DNA from: an uncultured Gammaproteobacteria bacterium | Lineage (GTDB): Bacteria; Pseudomonadota; Gammaproteobacteria; CAWCPV01 | NCBI GenBank assembly: GCA_963797555.1 | Contig: CAWCPV010000003.1 | Location: forward strand, 800,001 to 864,000 | Length of the DNA: 64,000 nt | Reading direction: 5' to 3' | In this document: piece by piece, positions 18,726 to 28,273 of the stretch | How positions within the stretch are numbered: the stretch's first letter is position 1 | Layout: each line of letters opens with the position of its first letter | Notes under the pieces: generated by a model | What the model saw: only the letters and a program-made list of their open reading frames with translations | The model's database searches: none | What the model was told of the DNA's origin: nothing | Program-made: the position numbers and the translations under genes

Positions 18726-21700
18726 CTAACGGCGGGGCTGTTCCAGAGTTTCGATCAGGAAGAGGATCTCGGCGGCCATCGAGTAGTCCAGCTCCGCGGC
18801 GTCGGCGAGGGTGCGGTCGCGGCTGCCGGCGACAATCGCCTGGAGGGCCTCGATCAAAGTGCGTAGCCAAGCAGAATCGGGGTCGGCGGCGAGCTGCTGG
18901 AGGAGGGCCGCGGCGGTGGCCGCGTCGCCGGCGAGGAGGGACTGGGTCACGGCAAGGCTGATGCGGCCGGGGTCGCTGTGGTTCTCGCCGCCGTCGCGGC
19001 GGTAGGCGAGGTAGCCAGCGATGGCCTTGCGCTTCGCCTCCGCGGCGGCGCTGGGGTTGCCTGCATCGGTCTCGATGCCGGCGAGGACGGACCAGAACTT
19101 CCACGACTCGGCCGCGCGGCCGAACTGCGCGTCGCACGCGATCGCCCGGCGGATCTCCTCCCGCGCATCGTCCAGGCGGCCGAGCTCGCGCAGGAATATG
19201 CCGAGATTGTTCCTCGCTTTGCCTTCGCCCGCCATATTGCCGCTTTCGACATGCTCGTCTGCGGCCTGCCGGAAAAAGCCCGCGGCTTCCTCCGAGCGAT
19301 CGAGAACATCACCATACAAAACCCCCAATTGCGCGAGCGTATCGGCCTGCCCGGCGACATCGTCGCGCCGCACCTCGATAGCGAGCGATTTCCGGTAGGC
19401 GTCCTCCGCCGCATCGAGATCTCCTGCGTGCTGATACGCCTTGCCGGTCTGATGCCAGATCACGGCGACCGAGCCCGGCTCATCAAACTGGGTGAACCGC
19501 TCGCGCGCCTCAGCATAAGCCGCCAGCGCCTCCGGGTAGCGGCGCTGCCGCAGGCGGACGGTCCCGAGCTGGCCTTTGCCGACGGCGACACCCCGCTTGT
19601 CACTGCCTTGCTCACTCCGGCGGATAAACTCCTCATAGGCCATCGCCGCCTCGTCGATCCGGCCCAGGGAGATAAAACAGGCGCCTCGTTCCGCAAAGCA
19701 GGCAGACGCCATCCGTTCCGCGCCTAAGCCGGGCCGCTCCTTCGCGATGGCCTCCGAGCGCTGGCGGGCCTCGTCCAGTAGCGGCAGGGCCTGTTCCGAT
19801 CCGCCGGCCGTCGTCAACACGCGGGCGAGCAGGAAACACGCACCCGCCAGATCGTAATCGGCATTGGGATACGCCTGCCCGCCCGCCGCCCGGGCGCGCG
19901 CGAGCAACCGCTGCGCGCTGCCTAGCGCCTCGCGCAGCCGCCCGCCGGCGAGCTGCTGTTCGAGGTACGTTCGCTCCGCCTCGAACCGTGGGTGACTCCA
20001 TGCCTCGCCGAGCGCCGCCGCCGCGGCGTCGCGCACCTGCGCCACGCGCTCCAGCAACCGTGGCTTGCCGAGCGCTTGCAGCAGGCTGTAGAGCGAGATG
20101 GCCAGGTCGATGGTCGCCGCCGCATCCCCCGCCCGCTGCACGAGGTCCAGCAGCACAAACAGGTTCGGCAGCTCCAGCACCGTCAGGGTCGCCGCGATCT
20201 CGATGCTCTGGCTCTGCTGCCGCACGAGGTACTTGGCATACCCGCGCATCGCCTCGACCCAGCGGGCGGTCAGCGCCTCGCGCTCCGCCGCCTCCGTGCG
20301 TCCGCGCAGGTACGGGCAGAGCGCGGGATTGAGGGTGAGATGGTTGTACCGATTGGGTGTCGCCAGCCCGGTCTCGACCAGCTCTCGCGCCAGCGAGACC
20401 ACGTCCCGCTCGTCCCACTGCATCATCGCGCCCAGCACGTCCAGATCGACCCCGCCGTGAAACACCCCGAGCACGCGCGCCCTTTCCCGGTTCGCGGCAG
20501 ACAGGCGGCGCAGCGACAGCTCGACACTGGCGAAGACCGATTGCTCTCGGCTGCCGGGGAAGCGCCGCTCCATCTCCGCCATCAGCTCGACCAGCGAGGC
20601 GCGGGTCGCCTCGACGCCGCGGCTGCGCAGCGCCGGTGCGAGCAGGGCCAGCGTGCGGGCATGGCAGTGGACGGCATTGACGAGCCGCTCGATCTGCTCG
20701 CGGGCGGCGTCGGCGGCCTCTCCTGTCCCGCCGGCCTCGCGGTTCAGCACGCGCTCGACGAGCTTCACCGCGTCCTCACGGTCGAGACTATGCAGCTCGC
20801 ACCGATGCCGCTCGTCCTCGAAGGGCGCGGGCAGCGCCTCGCGGCTGGTGAAGACCAGCCGGGTCTCGTCCTTGGCGTTGAGCCGCGCGCACATTTGGAG
20901 GATCGCGTCCAGCTCGCGGCGCGCGTCCTCGGAGAGCGCCTGCTGCATCTCCTGCTGCAGGTAGGGCGGCAGCAAAAGGCTCTCCATGTTGTCCACCACC
21001 AGCAGCGTCGGCTGCTCGGCGAGGGCGCGCTCGATGGGCAGGACGGCCTTTTCCAGATCGTCGAAGGTAGCGGCGGAGTAATCTTTCCCGACGAGCTGGC
21101 GGCCGAGGGCATCGAGCACCGCTGCGCGGTGGCCGTGCGTCTCGACCGAGACGAAGGCGGCGCGGCGCACTTGGTGGGAGCGCACCAGCCAGCGGGCGAG
21201 CTCGGCGGCGAGCGCGGTCTTGCCCTCGCCGCCTTGGCCGCGCACCACGGCGTAGCGCACCTCGCGCAGCAGCCGCTCCAGCGCCAGCAGCTCGCGGCTG
21301 CGGCCGATGAAGCCGGTCCCGGGCTCCGCGGGCAGCTCGCCGAGGCGGGCCGCGAGTCGCTTCTTGAAATCCTCCTGCGTCTGCTGCGCGGGGGTGGTGT
21401 GGAAGAGCTGCGGGTCTTCCTTCTCCTGGAACAGCACCGGCACGAACCAGTCATTGAGCCGCAGCTCGCCCGCCCCGAAGATGCGGCCGCGGAAGGTGTC
21501 GTCCTTGAGCCGGCGCTGGCCGGCGAGCATCGCGTCGCCGACCCGCGCGCCGCCGGCGAGCGCGCCGTAGAATGCCTCGACGAAGCGGCGCGCGGTCTCG
21601 ACCAGCACGCTGTGGCTCATCGCCACCACCGAGGCCACACCCGTCTTCAGCAGCTCGGAGGCGACGGAGTCAGAAGCCTGCTCGGCCTGGGCGGTCTGGC

Positions 21701-22970
21701 AGGCCTCGAGGAACACGAGCGGGATGCGGTGATCGCGCAGCAGCGGGCCGAGCTCGCGGGTGAAAACGGTGAGGTGCCGGCGCTGCTCCAGCCTGGCGGT
21801 GTCCTCCGGGTGCTCGAAGCACAGGCCGCCGAGGCCGACGGTGCGGTCATAGACGCCGTGGCCGTCGAAGTGGACGACGTGATAGGGCTCGCCGTCTCGC
21901 CGGGCGCGGTCCAGCTCCTCGCGCAGGGCGGGCAGCGTGGGCGGGCCGAGCACGTGCAGGCGGACGAGGCCGCCCAGCGCCTCCATCGCCTCGACCAGCG
22001 GCAGGGCGCTGGCGCGGTGGTCGAGGTAGCCGCAGGCATCGTCCTCGGGCCGGGCGCTGTGACCTCAAGTTCTACGAGCAGGACGGCAAGCGCCGCGCCT
22101 CCGCCCGCGCCCGGCTCGTCTACGAGCCGGCCACCGCGGGGCAGGAAAAAGTCGACAGTGACAAGATCTGGCGTTTCGTCGCCCCCCTCGGCCCCATCGA
22201 GGCCGAGGAACTGCGCTGGTATCTGGAGAAGTACGCCATCTGGCCGAGCGGGGTTTTTCGGGACCGCGCCCGCAAGGTCGAAGAGAACCTCGTGAAGTGG
22301 GGGCGGCTCCTGCACGAGGCGGCGATGCCGGTCGCCCACACCGCGAACGTCATGCCCGCCTGGGCGCGCATCGACGGGCAGGCACGGCGGCGCTTCTCCA
22401 TCCACGTCAACGCGAAGCTCGAAGACGGCGCCGCCGAGGCCGAGGTGAAGGCCGCTCGGGAAGCCGCCACGCTGCTGCTCGGGCTGCCGTGGGAGCTGCT
22501 CTACGACGGCGACGGCTTCCTGTTCCAGGGTGCGAAGCCCACCCGCGTGCGCCGGCGCCTGCCGAACACGCGCGTGCTCGACGTGCCGGTGCTCGCCACG
22601 CCCATCCGCTGTTCACGGGGATGTAGAGGGGCTCCTCGCCGAAGAATTCCTCCAGCACGCCGAGCTTGGTGCCGTTCAGCGATAGCGGAATGACGGGGAA
22701 CTGGTCCTTGCCGCGCTGTTTCCGGACTTCCAGCACGTGGCGCAGCTCCTTGCCGACCCACTTCGACTGCAACGCCTCCGGGCTGACCAAGACGGCGTAG
22801 GCGGACGACTCCTCAATGGCTGTCTTGATCTCGGGCCAGAGCGGATCACCGCCGCGCAGCTCCCGCGAATCGATCCACACGTCCTGCCCGAGGTCGCCGA
22901 GCGCCTGCCGGAGGCCGCGCACGAAGTCGTCGTCCTTCGAGCTATGGGAGAGAAAGAGCCCTTTGAGCAC
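18726..22970 (-). pseudogene. TIR-CHAT(caspase-like)-STAND NTPase-TPR protein, interrupted by an internal inversion (22061-22609)
   Basis: TIR: FLSHSSKD...SKWVGKEL; CHAT: HVVHFDGHG and LEACQT; Walker A GQGGEGKT; LLVVDNME; TPR repeats; the LPWELL segment lies on the opposite strand. Confidence 0.88.
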
Positions 22971-23094
22971 TGCACCGCCTGCCGACGAACTGACCCCAGT
23001 CTACCAGGCAGCCGCTTGCAGTGGCAATTTCTCGAGGTAAGCCAATGTTACAAGCACGGACCTGACCCCGGGACCTGACCCCCGGGTGTACCCC

Positions 23095-23236
23095 GCTGCT
23101 GCTCGGTACGGGCCCGCTCCGCTTGGAAACGCGTGGTCCCACTCTTCCAACCAGTACCGCCGCCGCGGGGTCGCGCACCCCGGGGCCACGCGCTCAAGCA
23201 ACCGTGGCTTGCCGGGCCCTTGCAGCAGGCTGTGTG
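23095..23236 (-). pseudogene. Short degenerate paralog fragment of the STAND-TPR gene
   Basis: GCCACGCGCTCNAGCAACCGTGGCTTGCCG...TTGCAGCAGGCTGT shared with about 19960-20090. Confidence 0.7.
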
Positions 23237-23240
23237 TGCG

Positions 23241-23459
23241 TCATTGCGACGCCACTGGACGCAACTCGAAGACACGCGCGAGACTCGACGCAGATCTGAT
23301 GTCGCCGCGGCGCAATGCATCGCGAACGTCATTGAGTTTGTGCGCGTCTTCGGACGATAGGTACGGCGACCAGCCAGTCTCATCCTCCAAGAACTCCACA
23401 TCGACCTCTGCAAGGTAGCGCCCCTCTTGGATCAGTTTGACTCGCTTCCGCTTTTTCAT
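23241..23459 (-). CDS. Small protein, probable antitoxin partner of a DUF4258 toxin
   Basis: KLIQEGRYLAEVDVE...GWSPYLSSEDAHKLNDVRDALRRGD; family recalled downstream of DUF4258 genes. Confidence 0.6.
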   Translation of the reverse strand: MKKRKRVKLIQEGRYLAEVDVEFLEDETGWSPYLSSEDAHKLNDVRDALRRGDIRSASSLARVFELRPVASQ

Positions 23460-23466
23460 CTCACCA

Positions 23467-23505
23467 CGTAGGATGCGGTGAACGAAGGGAACCGCATCGC
23501 TCGCG
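23467..23505 (+). repeat. GTAG-type REP, left copy
   Basis: CGTAGGATGCGGTGAACGAAGGGAACCGCATCGCTCGCG; perfect inverted copy at 24065-24103. Confidence 0.9.
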
Positions 23506-24036
23506 TTACTCCCCTGCCGCCACACTTGGGACCCCCTCGCCACCCCAATCCTCCGGGTAGATTCCTCGGGGCTTGAATGCATGGAAACTGGAATGAGGCC
23601 AATCGGCCACTCGCCGAACCCACCCGTGCTTTACCGGGTTCCAATGGATATAGTCCACATGCCGGTTGAAGTCACCTTGGTCACGGATGAGATGTTCCCA
23701 AAAACGGCGCTGCCATACACCCCGTTCCCCCCGCCTGGCGCGGCTTTGCGAAACGCGCTCGCCCGGTTCGATGGCACGGGAAAAGTGTCCCTTGATCAGA
23801 CTCCAGCGAACAGAAAAATCCGCATCACCGGGCGGCAGCGTCCAGACGCAATGCAAATGGTCCGGCAGGATCACGACCGCCTCCAGGTGGAAGGGGTGTC
23901 GGGCACTAACGCTACGAAGCGCAGTCCGCAACACATCGATCTGCTCGACTAACAGCCGATTCCCGCGTCGTTCGGCCAGATTCACAGTGAAGAACCACGT
24001 GGCTCCGGGCAGCCAGGCACGGCGGTATTCGGTCAT
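23506..24036 (-). CDS. REP-associated tyrosine transposase (RAYT, Y1-HUH)
   Basis: FFTVN, ILPDHLHCVW (HUH), WQRRFWEHLIRD, YIHWNPVKHG. Confidence 0.93.
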   Translation of the reverse strand: MTEYRRAWLPGATWFFTVNLAERRGNRLLVEQIDVLRTALRSVSARHPFHLEAVVILPDHLHCVWTLPPGDADFSVRWSLIKGHFSRAIEPGERVSQSRARRGERGVWQRRFWEHLIRDQGDFNRHVDYIHWNPVKHGWVRRVADWPHSSFHAFKPRGIYPEDWGGEGVPSVAAGE

Positions 24037-24064
24037 CGGTCACCTTGTCTCGTCCAGCTCCTTT

Positions 24065-24103
24065 CGCGAGCGATGCGGTTCCCTTCGTTCACCGCATCCT
24101 ACG
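24065..24103 (-). repeat. GTAG-type REP, right copy
   Basis: Exact reverse complement of 23467-23505 (39 bp). Confidence 0.9.
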
Positions 24104-24211
24104 CGGGCTCACAGCAATTCCGTCTTCCGTTAGCTCGTCATACCCGTGTTCGGATATCCGCACTTCTCCCGCCGCAGCGAGTCGTTTGACAGCATCGAGT
24201 GTGTCGCTCAC
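24104..24211 (-). pseudogene. Truncated DUF4258-like toxin 5' end
   Basis: GGAG RBS, GTG start, then SDTLDAVKRLAAAGEVRISEHGYDELTEDGI, cut off at the REP. Confidence 0.6.
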
Positions 24212-24457
24212 AACTCCACCCCGTCTACCGGAAGTTATCGATGACGCACAACGAGCGTCTTCACCCGCCGCCCCCATGCGTGATTGCAAGATGCGACCCT
24301 GCGCCCATGGACCCCGCGCCCATGTCCTGGGCGCTTGGAGGGAGTCGCTGTGGGGCGTATCATCGCGGCCAAATGCGAGAGCGTTAGGGAGAGGGTACGA
24401 TGAGCAGCGGAGCCCAGTACCAGCGCGAACCGCACGATTCCATGTGCTGGTTAGGCG

Positions 24458-25697
24458 TCACTGGGTGCGCGGCGTTGGCACATCAAACGCCAATACAGTT
24501 AGGAATAGCTCACGATTTCGGTCATCGCGGTTTGCGAACTGGTAGCGAAACACGGTCTCCGTGGAGCCGGGTAGGTCACGCTTGTGCTGAGGGTGCGCGC
24601 GCACCGCTTCCGGAATGGCCGCGAGGACCTTAGAGAAGTCGCGATTGCGGTTGAAGATAACCACCGCGGTCTTCGTGTCACGCCAGGAGCTGTAGCTGAG
24701 CAACTGATCGAGCGTTTCACCAAGCTTTTTCGGACCGGTCCAGAACTTACACTCAGCGATGAAGATGTTCTTCCCTTCGGAGCGTATCAGGATGTCAGTT
24801 TTCCCTTCGTAGTTGAAGGTTTCGCCTGTCGCCTGGCCTTGGTAATGTCCGTTGAGCTGAACTAAGAAGTGCGACCCAAGGGCTTCCTCGTCGACTGCGT
24901 GGAATGCAGACGGACTCAGTTCCATGACCTGGGTCATGTTTTGCATCACGCCGAGGATGTGTTCGTAGTCTTCCGGGGACAGCGCCGGCTCCGGCCTAAA
25001 AGGGGCTGAACTTGCCGGTGGCATGACAGGCGAGATCTTCCGGCGAACGTCCGGCGCAACAAATGTCGTTGGCGCGCCTTGGCGTTCCTTCATCTTGAAC
25101 CCTAGCGAAGCAACCATGCTCCGGCTCGCGAGCAACTTGCCGCGCCGGTTTTCAATGGCAGATTTGGCTTCACTGAACAGTTGGCTGTTAAGTCCGGCTA
25201 CATTGCCGCGCAGGTTCGTGAGATAAGACTGGATTGATGCAACCGTGCTGTTGATCTCGCGGCGCACTGAATCCGAGTCGAGACTTGCGCCTACAACGCT
25301 AAACGTCACGTTGGAGCCGCGGATAGCGGCCCGAGGCGGGTTAAATGTGTGAGGGTTCGGTTGAATATTGAACGCCTCTGCCTCGCCGGTAAAAGGTATC
25401 TCAACTTGCACTTCGTTTCCGGTGATATAGAAGGGGCGGCTCCGATCCGTGATCATCCTCAGGGTCGTGGCTCACATCGATTTGTGTCTCGCGTTCGTCA
25501 ACCACAAGGTTTTCTACGTCGAGATCAGGAACCGTGATCTGGAACTTGTCCGCGAAGAATTGAGCGAGGTCGTCCACAGACGAATTCAGTAGTCGATTCG
25601 CATCCACGCTTTCAATCTCTCGGGCCATCTGCTGCCGCTGGTGCCGCTCAACGGCGTGCCAGTCAGGGCCGGTGAACAAGTAGTCTTCGCGAGCCAT
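24458..25697 (-). CDS. Protein with C-terminal PD-(D/E)XK nuclease domain, frameshift near 25460
   Basis: GETFNYEGKTDILIRSEGKNIFIAECKFW; lower GC than flanks; joins two ORFs. Confidence 0.75.
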
Positions 25698-25717
25698 AGC
25701 GCGTTCTCTGGTATAGC

Positions 25718-25731
25718 GCCTAACGTTGTGT
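25718..25731 (-). other. Fused integron-type core sites (R'' ACACAAC directly followed by R' GTTAGGC)
   Basis: Complementary partners at 27932-27938 (GTTGTGT on minus) and 24450-24456 (GCCTAAC on minus) bracket the two genes. Confidence 0.6.
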
Positions 25732-26039
25732 GATTCATTGTTCAAACGCTTCGCGCAGATCAGGCGCGAGGGTCAGGCAATGATTCAAGACTGTAAGCGC
25801 GTGTCGTATGAGCTGCTCTGATCGCTCGGGTTCAGCGAAGTACCTCCCTCTGAACTTGCCTCCATGAAACAGGTTGTTACGCACTCGTCGAATATAAGCG
25901 AAAAGGAGGTCGAGTTCCGAGGGTAACCGTTCACCCCCCTGGAATATTTTGACCCGGAGGGCTGGACAAAACGGTTCCAGCGTGAGACAGTTGGGTGCCC
26001 TTGGCAGGATGTTCCTCGACCTCACTGTCACACACAATC

Positions 26040-26822
26040 ATGGTGCTCAAGGAGCACGACCTTCGTCAGCTCAGCGAGGAGCGCATTCTGGAGCTGAGGC
26101 AGAAGGATCCCGATGCGCTGGCAGCGCTGAGCATCCGCCTGCTGCAGGATCTCAAGGAAGCGTGGGAGCGGCTCAATCAGAGTCCCTCCAATAGCTCTCG
26201 TCCGCCGAGCAGTCAAGACCCCTGGCTGCGTGCGCGGGAGGACGAAGAGGCCGACGCCGGTCCTGAGGACGAGGAGGCCAAGAGCCGTTCTGAGGAGGAT
26301 GGCCTCCCCGGGGCTGGCGGCCAGAAGGGCGCAAAGGACACGAGTGGCAAGACCTCAGGGACGCAGCGCCGAGCGGGCGCGGTCTATGACCTGCTCGATG
26401 CGCTGATGCAGGCCGTCTATCACGCCCGCGAGGGACCGGGCGGCTCCCTGCGGCAAGCCCACCCGGGCGAGCTCAACGAGCTCACGGCCCTGTGTGAACG
26501 CATGAGCTGCTGCCCTTATGACAAGGCCCAGGCGCTGGGCAAGGAGCTGCTCAACGACTGGGGGGCGATCTTCCGGGTGTTGGATGAGCCTCAGCTGCCG
26601 CTGACCAACAACGTGGCGGAGCGGGCGCTGCGTCACTGGGTGATTCTGCGTCGCATCAGCCAGGGGACCCGCAGCGAACAAGGCAGCCGGGCGCTGGCGC
26701 TGCTCGCCAGTGTGATCGAGACTTCTCGGCTGCGATTGAGCTCCCCGCTGTGCTATCTCAGAGATGTCCTCGCCCACCGACGCCGCGGCTTTGAGGCACC
26801 GCCGCTTCCTGCGCCCGCTTGA
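26040..26822 (+). pseudogene. IS66 transposase, central region deleted
   Basis: LNQSPSNSSRPPSSQDPW N-terminus and LPLTNNVAERALRHWVILRRIS C-terminus; far shorter than a normal TnpC. Confidence 0.8.
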
Positions 26823-26824
26823 GT

Positions 26825-27543
26825 TCAGCGCTCACCGCGCAGGCGCTCTCTGGCCTGCGGGTGCAGAGCGTAGAGGAAGACCCGCTTTATCGCTCTGCCA
26901 TGGCGTTGGTGCGCACGGTCCATGCGCCCGCGTCCGCTGGTCTCGCCCACCTCGCACCAGTTGGCCGCCCGGTAGCAGGTCCCGGCAAAGCGCAGCCGAT
27001 CCACGCATCGCGGGCCTGCATGCGCCAGGCCGGGCTGGTGTAGGTGAGCCCGCCCAACACCTCCCCCTCCCGGCGCTGGGAGCAGATGAGATAGACCAAC
27101 TGGGCCCCAAAGGGTGTGGCATAGCCCAAGTAGTGATAGCGCGCGAGAAGCTCGCGCCACAATGCCCGTCCCTCGGCCTGGCGCACTAACTGAAGCTCCA
27201 CCGGGGCCACCTCCTGCAGCGCACCGGCAATCTCGCCGCGGCGTTCGCCCCGATCGGTCTGCGCAGTGCAGGTGCGCCGCCCCTTGGGCCTGCCCGTGCG
27301 CTTGGCGGGAAGCCTCAGATCCCCCCGAGCTTCCAACCGCTCCAGTAGATCCCGACCCTCGCGGGACTTCAGGGCTCCGTTGTCCCGTCTCCACCCCAGC
27401 AGCTCACAGATGGTCTGCGCCAGCTCAAAACGACTCAGGCCCACGCACATCGACACCATTCGGACGATGGCGGAGATCTCCTCTTCGGTAAAGCTCCGGC
27501 CGCTCGCCGTGATCGCCTGCGGAATAGAGGGCTCTTGATCCAT
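26825..27543 (-). pseudogene. DUF4338 (DruA-like) protein, internally deleted
   Basis: RYHYLGY...PAWRMQARDAWIG, then in another frame GTCYRAANW..VGETSGRGRMD. Confidence 0.8.
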
Positions 27544-28273
27544 GAGCCGGGAGTGTACGACAAGCCGAGCGGCTCTGCTGCGCTGGACGCGCTCTTAACG
27601 CATCGATCAACTGGTGGGAGGGTCTGAACGGTTACTTCCGAGGTGTGTTCCGGCGGTGTGTCATCCCACTCCAACCGATTGTCTCGAATGATCTGCTTCT
27701 TTGGGGGGTGGGTCTTGTAGTAGGCGACAGCGTCCTTCAGTTCTTGCGTTGCGTTCTCGTGGAAACGGTCGCGGAGTTCATTCGCCAGCTTTGTCCAATC
27801 TGCCTCCGCATTTCGTCGGTTGTCCACAAAGCGACCTGTCGCCTTGAGCGCATACTCCACGCGCGCGAACGCAAAGAAGAATTCGCTTGCGATAGGGTTA
27901 ACGCGATGTCGGCTCGTTGTCATTCAAATTCACACAACAGGAAACCGACGGACGATCCGCCCTCTTACCAGACGGCGAGGCTCTCTGCTGGGCAAGTATA
28001 CCTGAAGCGCTGCAACGAGGTAGCATCATCGCCGAGTCCCGAGGGCGCCAGCGCTAGACTGCGAAACACCGACCTTTGGCCTAGTCTCATATCAACCACC
28101 TTACAAGACGGTCACCCAAGTGCTCGCAACAGTGCAGCCAGGCGGGTGATTGCTGATCCCTTTACTATAAGCTCAGCCCGTAGGCTAGAACGCGATAGTG
28201 GTTCCGCCGAGCGGCGTCATGCGGCGGGCCGCCCTCCCAAGCATCCCCCTCCGCGGTCTCGCGGCCTCCCCCC

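Larger units (their letters stand above)
25923..27635. mobile_element. IS66-family element with DUF4338 passenger, internally deleted
   Basis: Ends GTAACCGTTCA / TGAACGGTTAC; 8 bp TSD TTCCGAGG at 25915-25922 and 27636-27643. Confidence 0.9.
25735..27923 (-). pseudogene. HEPN-domain protein split by an IS66-type element
   Basis: Removing 25923-27635 and one TSD gives ...PPEHTSE|LDLLFAYIRRVRNNLFHGGKF...; RNNLFH is an RxxxxH motif. Confidence 0.82.

Noticed and set aside
22055-22612. Recombinase-controlled phase-variable inverton
   Set aside because: No flanking inverted repeats, no invertase in the window, and sequence seems lost at the junctions; kept only as an unexplained inversion
26825-27543. 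Druantia defence system
   Set aside because: Only a damaged DUF4338 gene inside an IS; no DruE helicase or other partners
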